DNA of 63,998 nucleotides, filler included, from an uncultured bacterium (GTDB taxonomy: Bacteria > CAZSTA01): NCBI GenBank assembly GCA_964609495.1. It is 5 parts of 5 records of this genome, joined end to end, with 100 filler letters (N's around TTAATTAATTAA, not from the genome) between each part and the next. Parts side by side here need not be neighbours in the genome. Positions count along the whole stretch, not along the records: positions 15,140 to 30,110 come from CAZSTA010000081.1; positions 30,211 to 45,142 come from CAZSTA010000082.1; 3 more parts are not named here. The stretch is one strand, 5' to 3'. Both the position numbers and the translations under genes were made by a program. Below are positions 17,808 through 30,217 of the stretch, piece by piece (within the stretch, counting starts at the first letter, position 1; each line of letters starts with the position of its first letter). The notes under the pieces were generated by a model. That model made no database searches, had not been told where the DNA came from, and saw only the letters and a program-made list of their open reading frames with translations.

Positions 17808-19124
17808 GTGATCGAGATTAAGACGAGGCTTCCAGGCCCCAAGGCTAGGGAATATTTGGATGATGCCGAGAAATACGAACCGAACTCTATGAGCGATCAG
17901 GTGCCTATCGTTTGGAAAAAGGCGACTGGAGTATGGATCGAGGATGTCGATGGGAATACCTTTCTCGACTTCACCTCGGGGGTGCTAGTGACTAATGTAG
18001 GACATTCCCACCCCAAGCTGGTGGAGGAGATGAGGGATCAGGCCGATAAGGTTATCAACTGCTATGATTTTGTTAATGAGTATCGCCCTAAGCTAGCTAA
18101 GAAGCTGGTCAAGATAACTCCGCCTAATCTGGATAAGGCTTTTATACTAACTACTGGTTCAGAGGTGACGGAGGCGGCTATCAAGTTAGCGAGGAAATAC
18201 ACCGGAAGATATGAGATAATCGCCTTTCAGGGAGCTTTTCACGGAAGAACTTATGGGGCTTTGAGCATGGGGGGGAAGCGAAGCGGGGCAGGAACAAGGG
18301 GATTTGGTCCCTTCCTACCAGGGATCGTTCTAGCTCCTTTTGCGTTCTGTTATCGCTGTGTATTCGACAAGACTTATCCCGAATGCGATTGTTACTGCGC
18401 GGATTATCTCGATTGGCTCGTGGAGACGGAGACGGAGAATAATATCGCCGCAGTTATCACTGAGACCTATCAGGGAGGGGCAGGCTCCATAATTCCACCT
18501 CTTAAGTGGTATAAAAAGCTAGAGGCATGGTGCAAGGAAAAGGATATCCTGCTTATTATAGATGAGGTTCAAGCCTCCTTCGGACGAACTGGCAAGATGT
18601 TCTGCTTCGAGCATTACGGGATCACCCCGAATCTCCTCTGCTTAGGCAAGGGGATATCAAGCACTGTTCCCCTCTCCGCCTTAGTGGGAGAATCAAGGAT
18701 AATGGATGTATTAAGCCCCGGCACGATGTCTAGCACTCATGGGGGAAATGCCTTATGTTCTCGAATGGCTCTGAAGAATATCGAGATCATCGAGGAGGAG
18801 AATCTTGTCGAGAACGCCGCAAAGCTCGGAGATTATATGATGACGAGGTTCAAGAAGATGGAGAAGGAGATAGAATGTCTAGGAGAAGCGAGAGGGATGG
18901 GATTAGCTATTGGATTGGAGATAGTCAAGAGCAAGAGGACGAAAGAGCCTGATCCAGAGAGAGCCAAGGAGATAGTTCAAAGGTGCTATGAAAGAGGGTT
19001 ATTGCTCATAGCTCCGATCGGTCTCTATGGAAATGTCCTGCGTATCTCTCCTCCGCTCGTTATTACGGAGGAAGAAGCCAAATTAGGATTGGATATATTG
19101 GAGGAGGTGCTGACAATTGTTTAA
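17808..19124 (+). CDS. Class III PLP aminotransferase (GabT-like)
   Basis: DVDGNTFLDF, FHGRT, DEVQASFGRTG, PLP-binding lysine in LGKG. Confidence 0.92.
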   Translation: MIEIKTRLPGPKAREYLDDAEKYEPNSMSDQVPIVWKKATGVWIEDVDGNTFLDFTSGVLVTNVGHSHPKLVEEMRDQADKVINCYDFVNEYRPKLAKKLVKITPPNLDKAFILTTGSEVTEAAIKLARKYTGRYEIIAFQGAFHGRTYGALSMGGKRSGAGTRGFGPFLPGIVLAPFAFCYRCVFDKTYPECDCYCADYLDWLVETETENNIAAVITETYQGGAGSIIPPLKWYKKLEAWCKEKDILLIIDEVQASFGRTGKMFCFEHYGITPNLLCLGKGISSTVPLSALVGESRIMDVLSPGTMSSTHGGNALCSRMALKNIEIIEEENLVENAAKLGDYMMTRFKKMEKEIECLGEARGMGLAIGLEIVKSKRTKEPDPERAKEIVQRCYERGLLLIAPIGLYGNVLRISPPLVITEEEAKLGLDILEEVLTIV

Positions 19125-19992
19125 ATTAGCAGTTATAAATGATGAGATATCTCAAGAACTCGATATAGCGATAGCTCTAGCTCAGGAGTTCTATTTCGAT
19201 GGACTCGAACTGCGCTCCCTGTGGGATAAAGGGCTCCCTCAGTTAAGCGATGATGATATCGAGGAGATAAGGGATATGATGGATGACTCTGGCTTAGAGG
19301 TGGCTTGTCTAGCCTCTCCATTCTTCAAGAGCCATATAGATAGTGAGAAAGAATATAAGCAACACCTCGATATCCTGAGGAGATGCATTGATATCGCTCA
19401 TAAGCTTGACACTAATTTGATAAGAGGATTCGGTTTCTGGAGGGAAGGAGCGGAGGGCTACAAGATAGACGATATCTTAGCCAGGTATAAAGAGCCTAAG
19501 AAAATCTTAGAGGGGGAGGGTGTTTATCTGGTTATAGAGAACGAGCACGACACCCTTTTGTGCAATGCTAAGACCTTGAGGGAATTCTTAGATAGGATAG
19601 ACAGCCCCAATATCAAAGGTCTCTGGGATCCGGGCAATGAGATTTTCGATCCTGATGGTATAACCCCTTTCCCTGATGCCTATAATTTGCTCAAGGATCA
19701 GATACTACACATTCACCTCAAGAACGCTAAGGAGATAGATAGCAAGATGGAGGCTTGTCCCTTAGATGAGGGGAAAGCTGACATAAAGGCTCATCTCAAG
19801 GGATTGATCGATGATGGGTATGAGGGGTATGTTTCCTTGGAGACCCACTATCGCAAGAAAAAGGCTATCTCCTCAGAGCTACTCAAATCCCCCACAGGAT
19901 CCCAATTCTCCATGGGGGGAGAAGAGGCTACTTATGAATCTGCTCAGATTCTAGTGAGTATGTTGGCGGAGTTGACCGAGGAGGAGTTATAA
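19117..19992 (+). CDS. Sugar phosphate isomerase/epimerase (xylose-isomerase-like TIM barrel)
   Basis: IENE, WDPGN, HIHLK, SLETH metal motifs. Confidence 0.88.
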   Translation: MFKLAVINDEISQELDIAIALAQEFYFDGLELRSLWDKGLPQLSDDDIEEIRDMMDDSGLEVACLASPFFKSHIDSEKEYKQHLDILRRCIDIAHKLDTNLIRGFGFWREGAEGYKIDDILARYKEPKKILEGEGVYLVIENEHDTLLCNAKTLREFLDRIDSPNIKGLWDPGNEIFDPDGITPFPDAYNLLKDQILHIHLKNAKEIDSKMEACPLDEGKADIKAHLKGLIDDGYEGYVSLETHYRKKKAISSELLKSPTGSQFSMGGEEATYESAQILVSMLAELTEEEL

Positions 19993-19994
19993 AG

Positions 19995-21392
19995 ATGATT
20001 ATAGACTTCCATACTCATTCTTTATTTAGCGATGGAGTGCTTCTGCCCTCCGAGTTAGCTCGGAGGGCAGAGGAGATCGGATATAAAGCTATCGCCATCA
20101 CCGATCACGTTGATGCCTCTAACTTGGATTTTGTTATACCTCGTATTATAAAGGCTTGCGAGGAAGTGAGGCGTAGCAGTTGGGAGATCGTAGCTATTCC
20201 GGGCGTGGAGATAACCCATGTTCCTCCAGAGGTGATCCCGCGCTTGGCGAAAGAGGCTCGCAAGCTGGGAGCGAAAGTGGTTGTTGTTCACGGAGAGACG
20301 ATAGTTGAGCCAGTATATCCGGGCACAAATCGCTCTGCGTTAGAAAGCGATATCGATATCCTCGCCCATCCAGGATTGATAACCCCAGAGGAGGTTAAGT
20401 TGGCTAGAGATAATTCAATATTCCTTGAGATATCTACTCGCAAGGGACATTCTTTGACAAATGGTTATGTAGGGCGACTGGCGAGGAAGATTGGAGCCAA
20501 TTTAATATTAAATACTGACACTCACGAACCAGGAGACCTCATAACTCTAAAGCATGGCAGGAGAGTTCTCTTAGGAGCGGGATTATTGGGAGAGGAAGTA
20601 ACCTCGGTATTTGAAAATGCGGAGAGATTTCTCGAACAGATCCTTTATCCGCCAGTCTCCATCTATAAGGGAAGGATATTGAATCTCGCTCATAAGGGAG
20701 CCAGTAAAGTGGCTCCAGAGAATACCATATCCGCTTTTCTTAAAGCTCAACAGATGCAAGCCGATGGTATTGAATTGGATGTCATGCTATCTAAGGATGG
20801 AGTCGTAGTGGTTAATCATGATTATCAACTAGGTCGCACCTCCGATGGGCACGGATTGATCAGAGATATGACCTTGAGGGAGTTAAAGCTACTTGATTTT
20901 GGTTCACGGTTCGATCCCGAATTCGCTGGTGAGCGGATTCCTACTCTACAAGAGGTTATCGATGGCTTAAATAAAGATATGATCATCAATATCGAGATGA
21001 AGACCGAATCGGTTGAGACCGAGGGATTGGAGGCGAAGGTTGTCAAGATTATCCAGGATAATAACTTATATGATCGGGTTATAGTATCCTCCTTCAATCC
21101 CTACGCTTTAAAGAGAGTTAAAGATGCGGACAGCGGTATTTACATAGCATTTCTCCACAAGGATAGCCCTCCTGCCGCTTTAACTAGAGGTTTGCTCAAA
21201 CCTGATGCTCTTCATCCTCTTTATACCATAGTCACTCCGGAGTATATGCGATGGGCTAAAGATGAGGGATATCAAGTTAATGTCTGGACGGTTGATGATC
21301 CGGAGGAGATGAGGAGGCTTATAAGTCTAGGAGTGGATAGCATTATCACTGATACCCCTGATGTGTTACGCGAAATTTTAGAGAACAAGTGA
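19995..21392 (+). CDS. PHP-domain phosphoesterase fused to a glycerophosphodiester phosphodiesterase
   Basis: N-half DFHTHS, TDH, HPG, NTDTH; C-half AHKGAS…PENT, ELDV, NIEMK, WTVD, IITDTP. Confidence 0.88.
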   Translation: MIIDFHTHSLFSDGVLLPSELARRAEEIGYKAIAITDHVDASNLDFVIPRIIKACEEVRRSSWEIVAIPGVEITHVPPEVIPRLAKEARKLGAKVVVVHGETIVEPVYPGTNRSALESDIDILAHPGLITPEEVKLARDNSIFLEISTRKGHSLTNGYVGRLARKIGANLILNTDTHEPGDLITLKHGRRVLLGAGLLGEEVTSVFENAERFLEQILYPPVSIYKGRILNLAHKGASKVAPENTISAFLKAQQMQADGIELDVMLSKDGVVVVNHDYQLGRTSDGHGLIRDMTLRELKLLDFGSRFDPEFAGERIPTLQEVIDGLNKDMIINIEMKTESVETEGLEAKVVKIIQDNNLYDRVIVSSFNPYALKRVKDADSGIYIAFLHKDSPPAALTRGLLKPDALHPLYTIVTPEYMRWAKDEGYQVNVWTVDDPEEMRRLISLGVDSIITDTPDVLREILENK

Positions 21393-21436
21393 ATCGGCAG
21401 ATTGCGAATATCGCGGTAAATCAAGAGGGGAGGCCT

Positions 21437-22246
21437 ATGCCGGAGTTACCCGAGTTAGAGATATTAAAGGCGGAATTAAAGGATAAAGTCGTAGGGAAGA
21501 TGCTCACCTCGATCACCGTCAAGAGGGGAGCAGGTGAAGAACCAACTAAAGAGAGTATGAAGCGAGAATTGAGGAATGTAGAGCGCTACGGCAAGATGCT
21601 GGTCCTTGAGTTCTCAGGGGAGGTTTGTATTGTAGTTCATCTCCTATTAGTTGGACAGATATTATTACTCAAGGAGGAACCCCCAGAGGAGAAAGGACCC
21701 ACCATGGTCCTCGAGTTCGACGATGGAGATAAACTTCAGTTCAAGCAAATATCTTTGAAGAACATCCATACGATTAAAAAGGAGGAACTTCTCGACTTTT
21801 CGCCTATTAAAAAGCTAGGAGTAGATCCCTTTAGTGAGGAGTTCACCGCAGAGACTTTAGCTGATATACTTCATAAGCGAGATCGCCAGATAAAAGCGAT
21901 CTTGACAGATCAGGGCATCATTGCGGGTATCGGTAATACTTATGCTAATGAGATATTATTCGAATCTCGAATTCACCCCCAGCGGAAATCGAGTTCCCTT
22001 TCCGAGGAGGAGATCAAAGTCCTACATGATAATATAGATAAGGTATTGCGGAAAGCGATAGAGATGGGAGGCTCCTCAGAGATGGCGTTCGTTCACCTCG
22101 ATGGTAGTAAGGGAAGATTTCACGAACAACTTAAGGTGCACGGAAGAGAGGGAGAGCCTTGTTTGGTATGCGGTACTTCCGTCGAAAGGATAAATATAGG
22201 AGGTAGAGGAACTTACTTCTGCCCTAGTTGTCAGAAGCTCAGGTGA
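21437..22246 (+). CDS. mutM: Fpg/Nei-family DNA glycosylase/AP lyase
   Basis: N-terminal PELPE, H2TH AGIGNTYANE, C-terminal zinc finger CLVC…CPSCQ. Confidence 0.85.
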   Translation: MPELPELEILKAELKDKVVGKMLTSITVKRGAGEEPTKESMKRELRNVERYGKMLVLEFSGEVCIVVHLLLVGQILLLKEEPPEEKGPTMVLEFDDGDKLQFKQISLKNIHTIKKEELLDFSPIKKLGVDPFSEEFTAETLADILHKRDRQIKAILTDQGIIAGIGNTYANEILFESRIHPQRKSSSLSEEEIKVLHDNIDKVLRKAIEMGGSSEMAFVHLDGSKGRFHEQLKVHGREGEPCLVCGTSVERINIGGRGTYFCPSCQKLR

Positions 22247-22459
22247 TCCTACTCCAATATTTAGAAGATAGAGATCCCCTAATTTCTATCTTCTGCTTTC
22301 TATTTTCCAATCTCAGAGAGGAATCCGATACCTAATCCTCAAAATCTGCCTATCATTAGGAGTGATAATTGAAAAAGTAATATTTCCCTATGGACAAAAA
22401 TGCAGTTGTATGTTATAATGAGAGCAGACTCTTAAGTAGGGAGAGGAGGGAGAAACCAG

Positions 22460-23197
22460 ATGGCAATCAAAAAAGGAGAATTTACAAAGTACTTGGAGAG
22501 AGGGCAGGAGTATCTGGATAAGGGGCAATTTGATGAAGCGATTGAGGAGCTGGAAGTAGCGGTTCGAAGATGGCCGAATCTCCCGAATGTCCATAACAAA
22601 TTAGGGGTGGCTTATCACCTCAGAGGTCGTCTGGAGGATGCAGTGGAACAACTCTCTAAGGCGATTCAGCTCAACCCAACTTACGCGGAAGCCCATTATA
22701 ATCTAGCGATCACTCTAGGGGATAAGGGTGATTATGAGATGTCCGAAGAGATGTATAGAAAGGCGATACTTTTGGATGCCGATAGTAAATTGGGAAGCGC
22801 CGCGGTGAAGAACAGATTGGTTAATGAGCTTCACTCGGAGGCTAGCGATCTCTACCTTCGCCTGAATATGTTCGATGAGGCCGAGGACGAGATACTGAAA
22901 GCTATAAATCTTAGTCCTGCCTATCCCGATCTATACGATAAGTTAGGGATCATCTATAGAACTGCTGGCGATTATGAGAAAGCTATACCTCAGTTCTTAA
23001 GATCTATCGAGATAAATCCCCGCTATGAGAATGCTTACATTCATTTGGGATTGGCTTATCGGGATATTAACCAGATCGATAAGGCTATCGAGACCTTCGA
23101 GAAACTGCTCGATTTCTATCCAGATAATAAGCCAGCTCTTTACTACCTTCAATATCTCAGGAAGTTAAAGGCTGAAGTTGAATATCCTTCTTCCTGA
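22460..23197 (+). CDS. Tetratricopeptide repeat protein
   Basis: About six TPR units (AEAHYNLA, YPDLYDKLG…). Confidence 0.9.
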   Translation: MAIKKGEFTKYLERGQEYLDKGQFDEAIEELEVAVRRWPNLPNVHNKLGVAYHLRGRLEDAVEQLSKAIQLNPTYAEAHYNLAITLGDKGDYEMSEEMYRKAILLDADSKLGSAAVKNRLVNELHSEASDLYLRLNMFDEAEDEILKAINLSPAYPDLYDKLGIIYRTAGDYEKAIPQFLRSIEINPRYENAYIHLGLAYRDINQIDKAIETFEKLLDFYPDNKPALYYLQYLRKLKAEVEYPSS

Positions 23198-23322
23198 ATT
23201 TCACGGTTAAAAATCTACCTAAAGATTAAGGATAATCATCAGATAGAGATTGTGCTTCTATAGATGATTATTGAGCATTTCTCTAAAAGTTTAGGAGTAT
23301 GGGAGGTATAAATTAGATAAGA

Positions 23323-24393
23323 ATGACTCAAGCTAAGATAAATGAGTTGAGAAAAGAAGTAGATAAGGTTAATTTGGAGATATTGAGGCTTCTCTCCTCA
23401 AGAGGCAAGTTGGTAGAGGAGATAGGTTGGCTTCAAACGGAATTGGGATTGAGCCATTATGATCCAGTTAGAGAAGAAGAGATGTTGAAGATGATCACCG
23501 AGCATAATCAAGGTCCCTACTCCAACGATATTATAAAGAAGATCTTCAAGGAGATCTTCAAAGCCTCGATGTATCTGGAAGACGAGGAGGAGAAGAAGGG
23601 GCTTCTGGTGAGTCGCAGGCGTAAGAGAGAGGATACTATCATCGAATTGGGAGAGGTGATCATTGGGAAAGCAGGAGAGCCAGTCATCATAGCCGGACCA
23701 TGTTCCATCGAGAGCCGACCCCAATTGGAGGCTATCGCCGAGAAGGTAAGCGAGCTAGGAGTGAAGATCCTGAGAGGAGGAGCATTTAAACCCCGTACTT
23801 CCCCTTACAGCTTCCAGGGCTTAGGGGAGGAGGGATTGAAGATAATGCGGAGTGTAGCCAATAAATATAATATGTTGGCGGTGACAGAGGTGGTGGATAC
23901 TAGGGGTGTGGAGCTGGTGGAGGAATACGCCGATATGTTCCAGATCGGGGCTAGGAATATGTCCAACTTCGAACTTTTGAAGGCGGTGGGAAGAGCCAAA
24001 AAGCCAGTGGTATTGAAAAGAGGATATATGTCCACAATGGAGGAATATCTCTTCGCGGCGGAATATATTATCTCCCAGGGTAACGATAGGATCATATTGT
24101 GCGAGAGGGGAATTAGAACCTTCGAGCAGTGGACGAGAAACACCTTGGATATCTCTGCTGTCGCTTTATTAAAGGGGGAATCTCATTTACCTATCATTGT
24201 AGATATAAGCCACTCCGCGGGAAGGAAGGATATCGCGATTCCGCTGGCTAAAGCCGCTCTAGCTGTAGGAGCGGATGGGATAATGATGGAGGTTCATAAT
24301 AATCCTGAGGTGGCGCTCTCCGATGGAGCACAACAGTTGAATCTGAGCGAATTTGAGGATCTAATGGAAGGGGTATCGAATTATTTATCGTGA
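23323..24393 (+). CDS. Bifunctional chorismate mutase / type I-beta DAHP synthase (Bacillus AroA(G)-like)
   Basis: N-terminal AroQ-like domain (LRKEVD…DPVRE); AGPCSIE, KPRTSPYSFQG, QIGARNM, CERGIRTF. Confidence 0.93.
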   Translation: MTQAKINELRKEVDKVNLEILRLLSSRGKLVEEIGWLQTELGLSHYDPVREEEMLKMITEHNQGPYSNDIIKKIFKEIFKASMYLEDEEEKKGLLVSRRRKREDTIIELGEVIIGKAGEPVIIAGPCSIESRPQLEAIAEKVSELGVKILRGGAFKPRTSPYSFQGLGEEGLKIMRSVANKYNMLAVTEVVDTRGVELVEEYADMFQIGARNMSNFELLKAVGRAKKPVVLKRGYMSTMEEYLFAAEYIISQGNDRIILCERGIRTFEQWTRNTLDISAVALLKGESHLPIIVDISHSAGRKDIAIPLAKAALAVGADGIMMEVHNNPEVALSDGAQQLNLSEFEDLMEGVSNYLS

Positions 24394-24421
24394 AAAGTGA
24401 ACTAATGGGGAAGGAGGGCGA

Positions 24422-25348
24422 TTGATGCCAGAAGTTATATGCCTAGGGATCTTAGTAGCGGATGTAGTAGGAAGACCGATCAGAAAGATACCCGAGAGGG
24501 GGAAATTAGCCCTAGTAGATGATATCGAGCTACATACCGGTGGATGCGCTACTAATACTGGATTCTCAATGGCTAAGCTGGGGATCAAAGTCGGGATCAT
24601 CGGCAAGACAGGAGCAGATGGCTTCGGGGATTTCTTGATCAGGGAGATGGAGAGATACGGAGTCGATGCCAGGGGAGTAGTGCAAGACCCTACTATTCAT
24701 ACCTCCTCTACGATGGTCCTGGTCGATGAAGATGGAGAGAGGAGTTTCCTTCACTATTTAGGAGGGAATGGACAATTAGTTGAGGAGGATATAGATACGA
24801 GCCTATTCGAGGGAGCCAAGATACTTCACATCGCTGGCTCCCTCTTGATTCCTAAGCTGGATGGAGAGCCGACCGCTCATATCCTAAAGAAGGCGAAGGA
24901 GATGGGACTTACCACCTCCCTAGATACCGCTTGGGACGATACCGGAAGGTGGATGAGCGCTTTAGAGCCAGCTTTAGAATACCTCGATGTATTTCTACCG
25001 TCCATCGAGGAGGCAATTATGCTCACTGGCAGGGAAGAGCCTTCCGATATCGCCGACTTTCTTCTGAACTATGGAATAAAGATCGTGGGTTTGAAGATGG
25101 GAGAGCGAGGTTGCTATATTAAGACTGCCAGGGAAGAGTATGCAATCCCCATCTATAAAGTTGAGGTAGTAGATGCCACTGGCGCTGGCGATGCCTTCGT
25201 TGCTGGTTTTCTAACTGGATTGGTGGAGGGTTGGGATCTGGAGAAGACCGGTAAGTTCGCTAATGCGGTGGGAGCCTGTTGCGTGACCGCGATGGGCGCT
25301 ACCCAGGGTGTTAAGAGCTTCGAGGAGACTTTGAGGATGATCGAGTAA
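24422..25348 (+). CDS. PfkB-family carbohydrate kinase
   Basis: GGCATN and DATGAGDAF signatures. Confidence 0.93.
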   Translation: MMPEVICLGILVADVVGRPIRKIPERGKLALVDDIELHTGGCATNTGFSMAKLGIKVGIIGKTGADGFGDFLIREMERYGVDARGVVQDPTIHTSSTMVLVDEDGERSFLHYLGGNGQLVEEDIDTSLFEGAKILHIAGSLLIPKLDGEPTAHILKKAKEMGLTTSLDTAWDDTGRWMSALEPALEYLDVFLPSIEEAIMLTGREEPSDIADFLLNYGIKIVGLKMGERGCYIKTAREEYAIPIYKVEVVDATGAGDAFVAGFLTGLVEGWDLEKTGKFANAVGACCVTAMGATQGVKSFEETLRMIE

Positions 25349-25392
25349 CATATCCTACAATTCATAAATTTTTGAAAAATTTTACTTTAGGG

Positions 25393-25421
25393 TTGACAAT
25401 TAAACTGAGCTGTGATACAAT
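25393..25421 (+). promoter_or_regulatory. Promoter of the large surface protein
   Basis: TTGACA-17-TACAAT with TG. Confidence 0.7.
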
Positions 25422-25604
25422 TCTAATAATTGAGTGTTCTTGCAAATGAGAGATGTAAAGTCTAATTAACCCTGTAATTGGGTATAATATATAGGGGATT
25501 GTGACTCTATATCCCGTTTAATTTGTCAAACACTATCAAGGGATTAAGAGTAGATCATTCATTCTTAATAGGGTAGGATTAATATCTTCAAGGAGGGAGC
25601 TATA

Positions 25605-28600
25605 ATGTCTATAAAATATAAAACTAAATCTCTCAGATTCATAGTCATATTGTTACCCATTCTATTTCTAGCAATTTTGACTAGCTCAGGGATAGCTCTT
25701 GCTCAGTCAGTAAATATAGTGGGAACTAATAATGCTCCACCAAATGCTTGGCAAGGGCAAACTAATATCCTAATGGAGACTATAGATATTACTAATACCA
25801 CTGGTGATGGAATTACTGTTATTAGCATAAGTTCACTAAAGATAGATGGACTAAGTGGTACAGAAAATTCTGATGTTACTCAGGTAAGACTCTATCTGGA
25901 TAATGGAGATGGTATCTTCAATCCAGCATCCGATACTCAGCTTGGTGCTCCTGCGATATTCTCCCCACCACCTTCGGTGAGTGCGACCATAGGCTTTTCG
26001 GCACAGAATATTGCTGATGGAGCTTCGATCAAACTATATGTTGTATTTGATATATCTGCCATAGCTACTATAGGAAATAGCGTAGGTGCAGCTTGGGTGA
26101 ATTCTAGTTACTTCGGATTTTCCCCAGTTCCAGTAACAGTTACCTCAACGCCACCCTTCCCCTTCCAAACCGGCCTTACCACTATCACCAGCTCTGCTAA
26201 TAAGATCACTGTAACTCCCACTGATCTTGCTCCGGCCACAGTGGTGCAGGGAGATACTGATATTGCGATCGAGCAATTATGTTTGCAGATGAATGCGGGA
26301 ACTGCTACCTGGAACGGGTTAACAGTCAATATAAGCGCAAACTTTAGTGATATTTCTTTAGTTAAGCTCTATAAAGATGATGATGGAACTCCCGGCTTCA
26401 ATCCTCTAACCGATACCCTGCTCATTAGCGTCGCCCCAGCATCAGCTTCAGTATATCTAGATTTACTTGGAACTGGAGTAGCCCAAACAATTACCACTAC
26501 CTCTTCGTGTTATATAATCGCTTTTGATATAGATTTTGGGGCTACTGTGGGCAATACGGTTGGAATTACTAGTATGAATGAGACCCACTTCAATGCGACT
26601 GCTCTGGTGAATCCAATTACTATACCAGTTACTCCTCCTAATACAGCAACTATAGTGGGTAAGGTGCTTGCAACGTTTAGCGATATTTCTCCCACAAACG
26701 TTTACCCAGGGCAGAACCACATTGGTATGGGGCGGATAACATTAGCAACTAGCTCCGGTAATGCTTGCTGGAATAGTCTTACGGTTGATCTTGCAAGTCG
26801 TTCTACCGCTCCTGCCAGCGATATTCAAAATGTGCGGCTATATAGAGACAATGGAGATGGAATTTTTGATCGAACCCAGGATACTCAGTTGGGAAGCAAA
26901 GCTGGAGCAAACACAGTAACTTTCAACTTGGCTCCTGAACCTATAACTACAACATCAAAGGATTACTTCGTAGTCTTTCGGATATTGATTACTGCAACAA
27001 CAACAAACAAAGTTGGCTTCAGAATACAGGCGAGTGATTTCAATATCGATGATTGTGGAGTCAACCCGATAACTCCTACCGGAGCGTTTAACTTCATCGC
27101 ACAATCGACAATTGTCGCTCAAACGGTCAATATTAACTTCTCCAATGTCACCCCCAATAATGTCGTTGCAGGAGAGACAGATGTTGTTATGTCCAAATTC
27201 ACAATGAAAACCAATGCTGGGACTGATAAGTGGGTGAGTGTAACTCTTGATCTTTCTACTCCCTCCACTAACGTTAGCGATATAGCATCTGTCAAACTTT
27301 ATAAAGATGAAGATGGAGATGGAGTTTTCAGTGCAGGGGATACGCATCTTCGCACGGTATCAGGGGCTGCCTCGGTAACACTTACAGTTCCTTCTGCATA
27401 TAGAGATATTACTACTACTCCTACCACTTACTTCATTCTCTTTGATATAAGCACACCAGTATCGGGGACAGGGAACTTGGTCGGGTTCAGGGTAACTGCT
27501 GGAAACTTTACTATGGCGGCATCATCAACAGCAACTGTAACCCAAAATCCAGATCCCTACACTCGTACCAAAACGATTGTGGCGAAAAAAATGCATATAT
27601 GCCCCTCCGATCTATCTCCAACTCGTGTCGCCTTGGGGGGTAATGCCGTTATGGGAAGCTTCTCAATACGCCTTGAGCGAGGAAGTCCAACTGACCTGGT
27701 CAGTTTTAATATCAGGCTTTCAGGGGCAGGGCTCTCGACTAACCCTGACAATGATATATCATCCATAGAGCTCTATAAAGACAATGGGAATGGTGTTTTT
27801 GATGGAGATACCCTATTAGATACCCTAACTCCTCCATATACTTTGCCTAGTGAAACCTTCACTCTGTCCGAGACGATCGATACCAATACTTCACTCTTCT
27901 TCATCGTCTTCAATGTATCTCCTACCGCTACGGTAAACAATACAGTCGGCTTCAGATTGGGCAATGGGGCAGCTTATTTTCCCACTGGGACTTCCTTTTC
28001 TCCCGCAGATATAGATAATGTAGCATATGAAGGTGGTTGTGGCCAGGTGGATTCAACGGCTCTGGTGGGAGATCTACTCTTGGTAACTCCTACTCCTAAC
28101 GCTCCAGCGACCGTTTATCCTGGTCAGACCGATGTCCTTATGGAAACACTTGATTTCCAGACGCTCCTAGGGCCAATCACCCTATCTCAGATAAGGATGG
28201 AGATGGATCCTACTGATCCTCTTTGGACTACACCAATAGCTCCTGATGTTGATATTCCTATATCGGGGGTAAAGATATATAGGGATGATGGGGATAACAT
28301 CTTTAACTCGACACTTGATGGTCCTCCAGTTGGCACTAGCGCATTTTACTGGGATCCCCTTCCTGGTTGGAATGCTTATCGAGCTGATGTCGTCTTCTCT
28401 ATTCCTCAAGTTATCTCGACAGTCCCAATTCGATATTATGTGGCTTTCGATATAGCTTTATCCCCCCCTGCTACCCTAAATAATACAGTTGGAGCTCGAT
28501 GGGGTAATGCCGGGGCTGGGCGACCTCTGGATAACTACTTCATAACCTCCCCTATTGGCTTAGTAGATAACACTCCCCCCGACTTCAACAGTGGTCCATC

Positions 28601-30110
28601 GATCATTCAGCTCATAACTAACCAGATCACCGTCACGCCAACTGATATCTCCCCCGTGTCGGTCGCTCAAGGACAGACCGATGTAGGAATGGAGAGGCTA
28701 CAGTTAGCCACTGGCTCGGGAACTGCTACTTGGACCCAGCTAAGAGTCGATAATATCGGGACTCTCGATAGCGATGTATCAGCGGTCAAACTCTATAAAG
28801 ATGATGGAGATACCGTATTCAATCCTCTAACCGATACTCTGCTCGCCAGTGGGGTCTTTGCTGGAGGAACTGTAACCTTGAACTTCGCTGCTCAGACCAT
28901 CACTACTACACCTTCCAATTACTTCGTAGTCTTTGATATCGCGGGCGGTGCGGTTATAGGGAATAATGTAGGAGCTAGATGGAATGATCCTAGTTACTTC
29001 ACCGTAACTACTGGCTCAGTCTCAACCACCAACTTCCCCTTCCAGACCGCACTTCGACCAATTACTGTTCCGAGTGTCATCAACTTGACCGCGGTTAGTC
29101 TCGCCCCGGCCTCCACCTATCGGAATAAAACGATAGCTATGGAATCCCTACATCTAGCTACCCCTACCGCTGTTACCGGCACTTGGAGTGGGTTGAGAAT
29201 AGATCTGATAGGGACAGGGGCAACGGACAGCGATATCGCCGCTATTTATATCTACAAAGATGATGGAACTGGAGTATTCGATGGGGCGGATGTGCTGATT
29301 GGCACTGGCACCTTCGTCGGAGGAGTTTCTAATATTGTCCTCACCTTAGCTCAGACTATAGACAATAGTGGCTCTCTATACTTCGTGGTCTATCAGATAA
29401 GTTCTATAGCTGGCTTTGGAAGATATGTAGGTGCCCGCTGGGTGAACAGCGGATACTTTACTACTACTCTTCCTGTAATTGCAACATTTCCTATTTCCTC
29501 TGGCACCACCCTCATAACCTATTCACCAGGACCGGGACCATCGCCAGATACTAAACCACCTACAGTGGAAATAAAGCTTCCTGAAGCTAAGGATATACTA
29601 GCTGGTTTAATCGATATAATTGGAACAGCTACTGATGATAACTTCGCTAGATATACCCTTTACTACGGAAGAGGTGAAGTTCCCTCCAAGTGGATAGAGA
29701 TCACCGGTTCTACTTCTGCTGTAGTGGACGATCTTCTGGGGGCTTGGGATACGTCTGAATTAGCTGATGGAGTATATACCCTCAGGCTCTATGCTATAGA
29801 TGCTGAGGGCAATACGAATGATACCACAGTTAAAGTGATAGTGGATAACACTCCACCTATACTCAAGGATTTGAAGGTGGAAGCTAAAACCAATGGAGAT
29901 GAATGCCTAATCATTACCGAGTGGCTCATCTCCGCCCTGCTGATCGATCCCACTAGTGGAACCGATCGAGAGAGTATAGAGCTTGTCATCTCGAGAAAAG
30001 GTATGAACGATATCATAGTGCCTTACGATCAGCTCATCTATGACGAGGGAACAGGCAAACTTCTATACTCCTTGAAGGGCGATGAGCTAAGCAAGGGAGA
30101 TTACACCGTA
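25605..30110 (+). CDS. Large secreted repeat protein (8 beta-rich ~155-aa modules + Ig-like domain), 3' truncated
   Basis: Signal peptide; eight LY(K/R)DxGDG-containing repeats; Pro linker; DTKPPTV…DGVYTLRLYAID Ig-like domain. Confidence 0.85.
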
Positions 30111-30210
30111 NNNNNNNNNNNNNNNNNNNNNNNNNNNNNNNNNNNNNNNNNNNNTTAATTAATTAANNNNNNNNNNNNNNNNNNNNNNNNNNNNNNNNNN
30201 NNNNNNNNNN
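30111..30210. other. Artificial contig junction
   Basis: N spacer with TTAATTAATTAA. Confidence 0.99.
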
Positions 30211-30217
30211 ATTTTGG

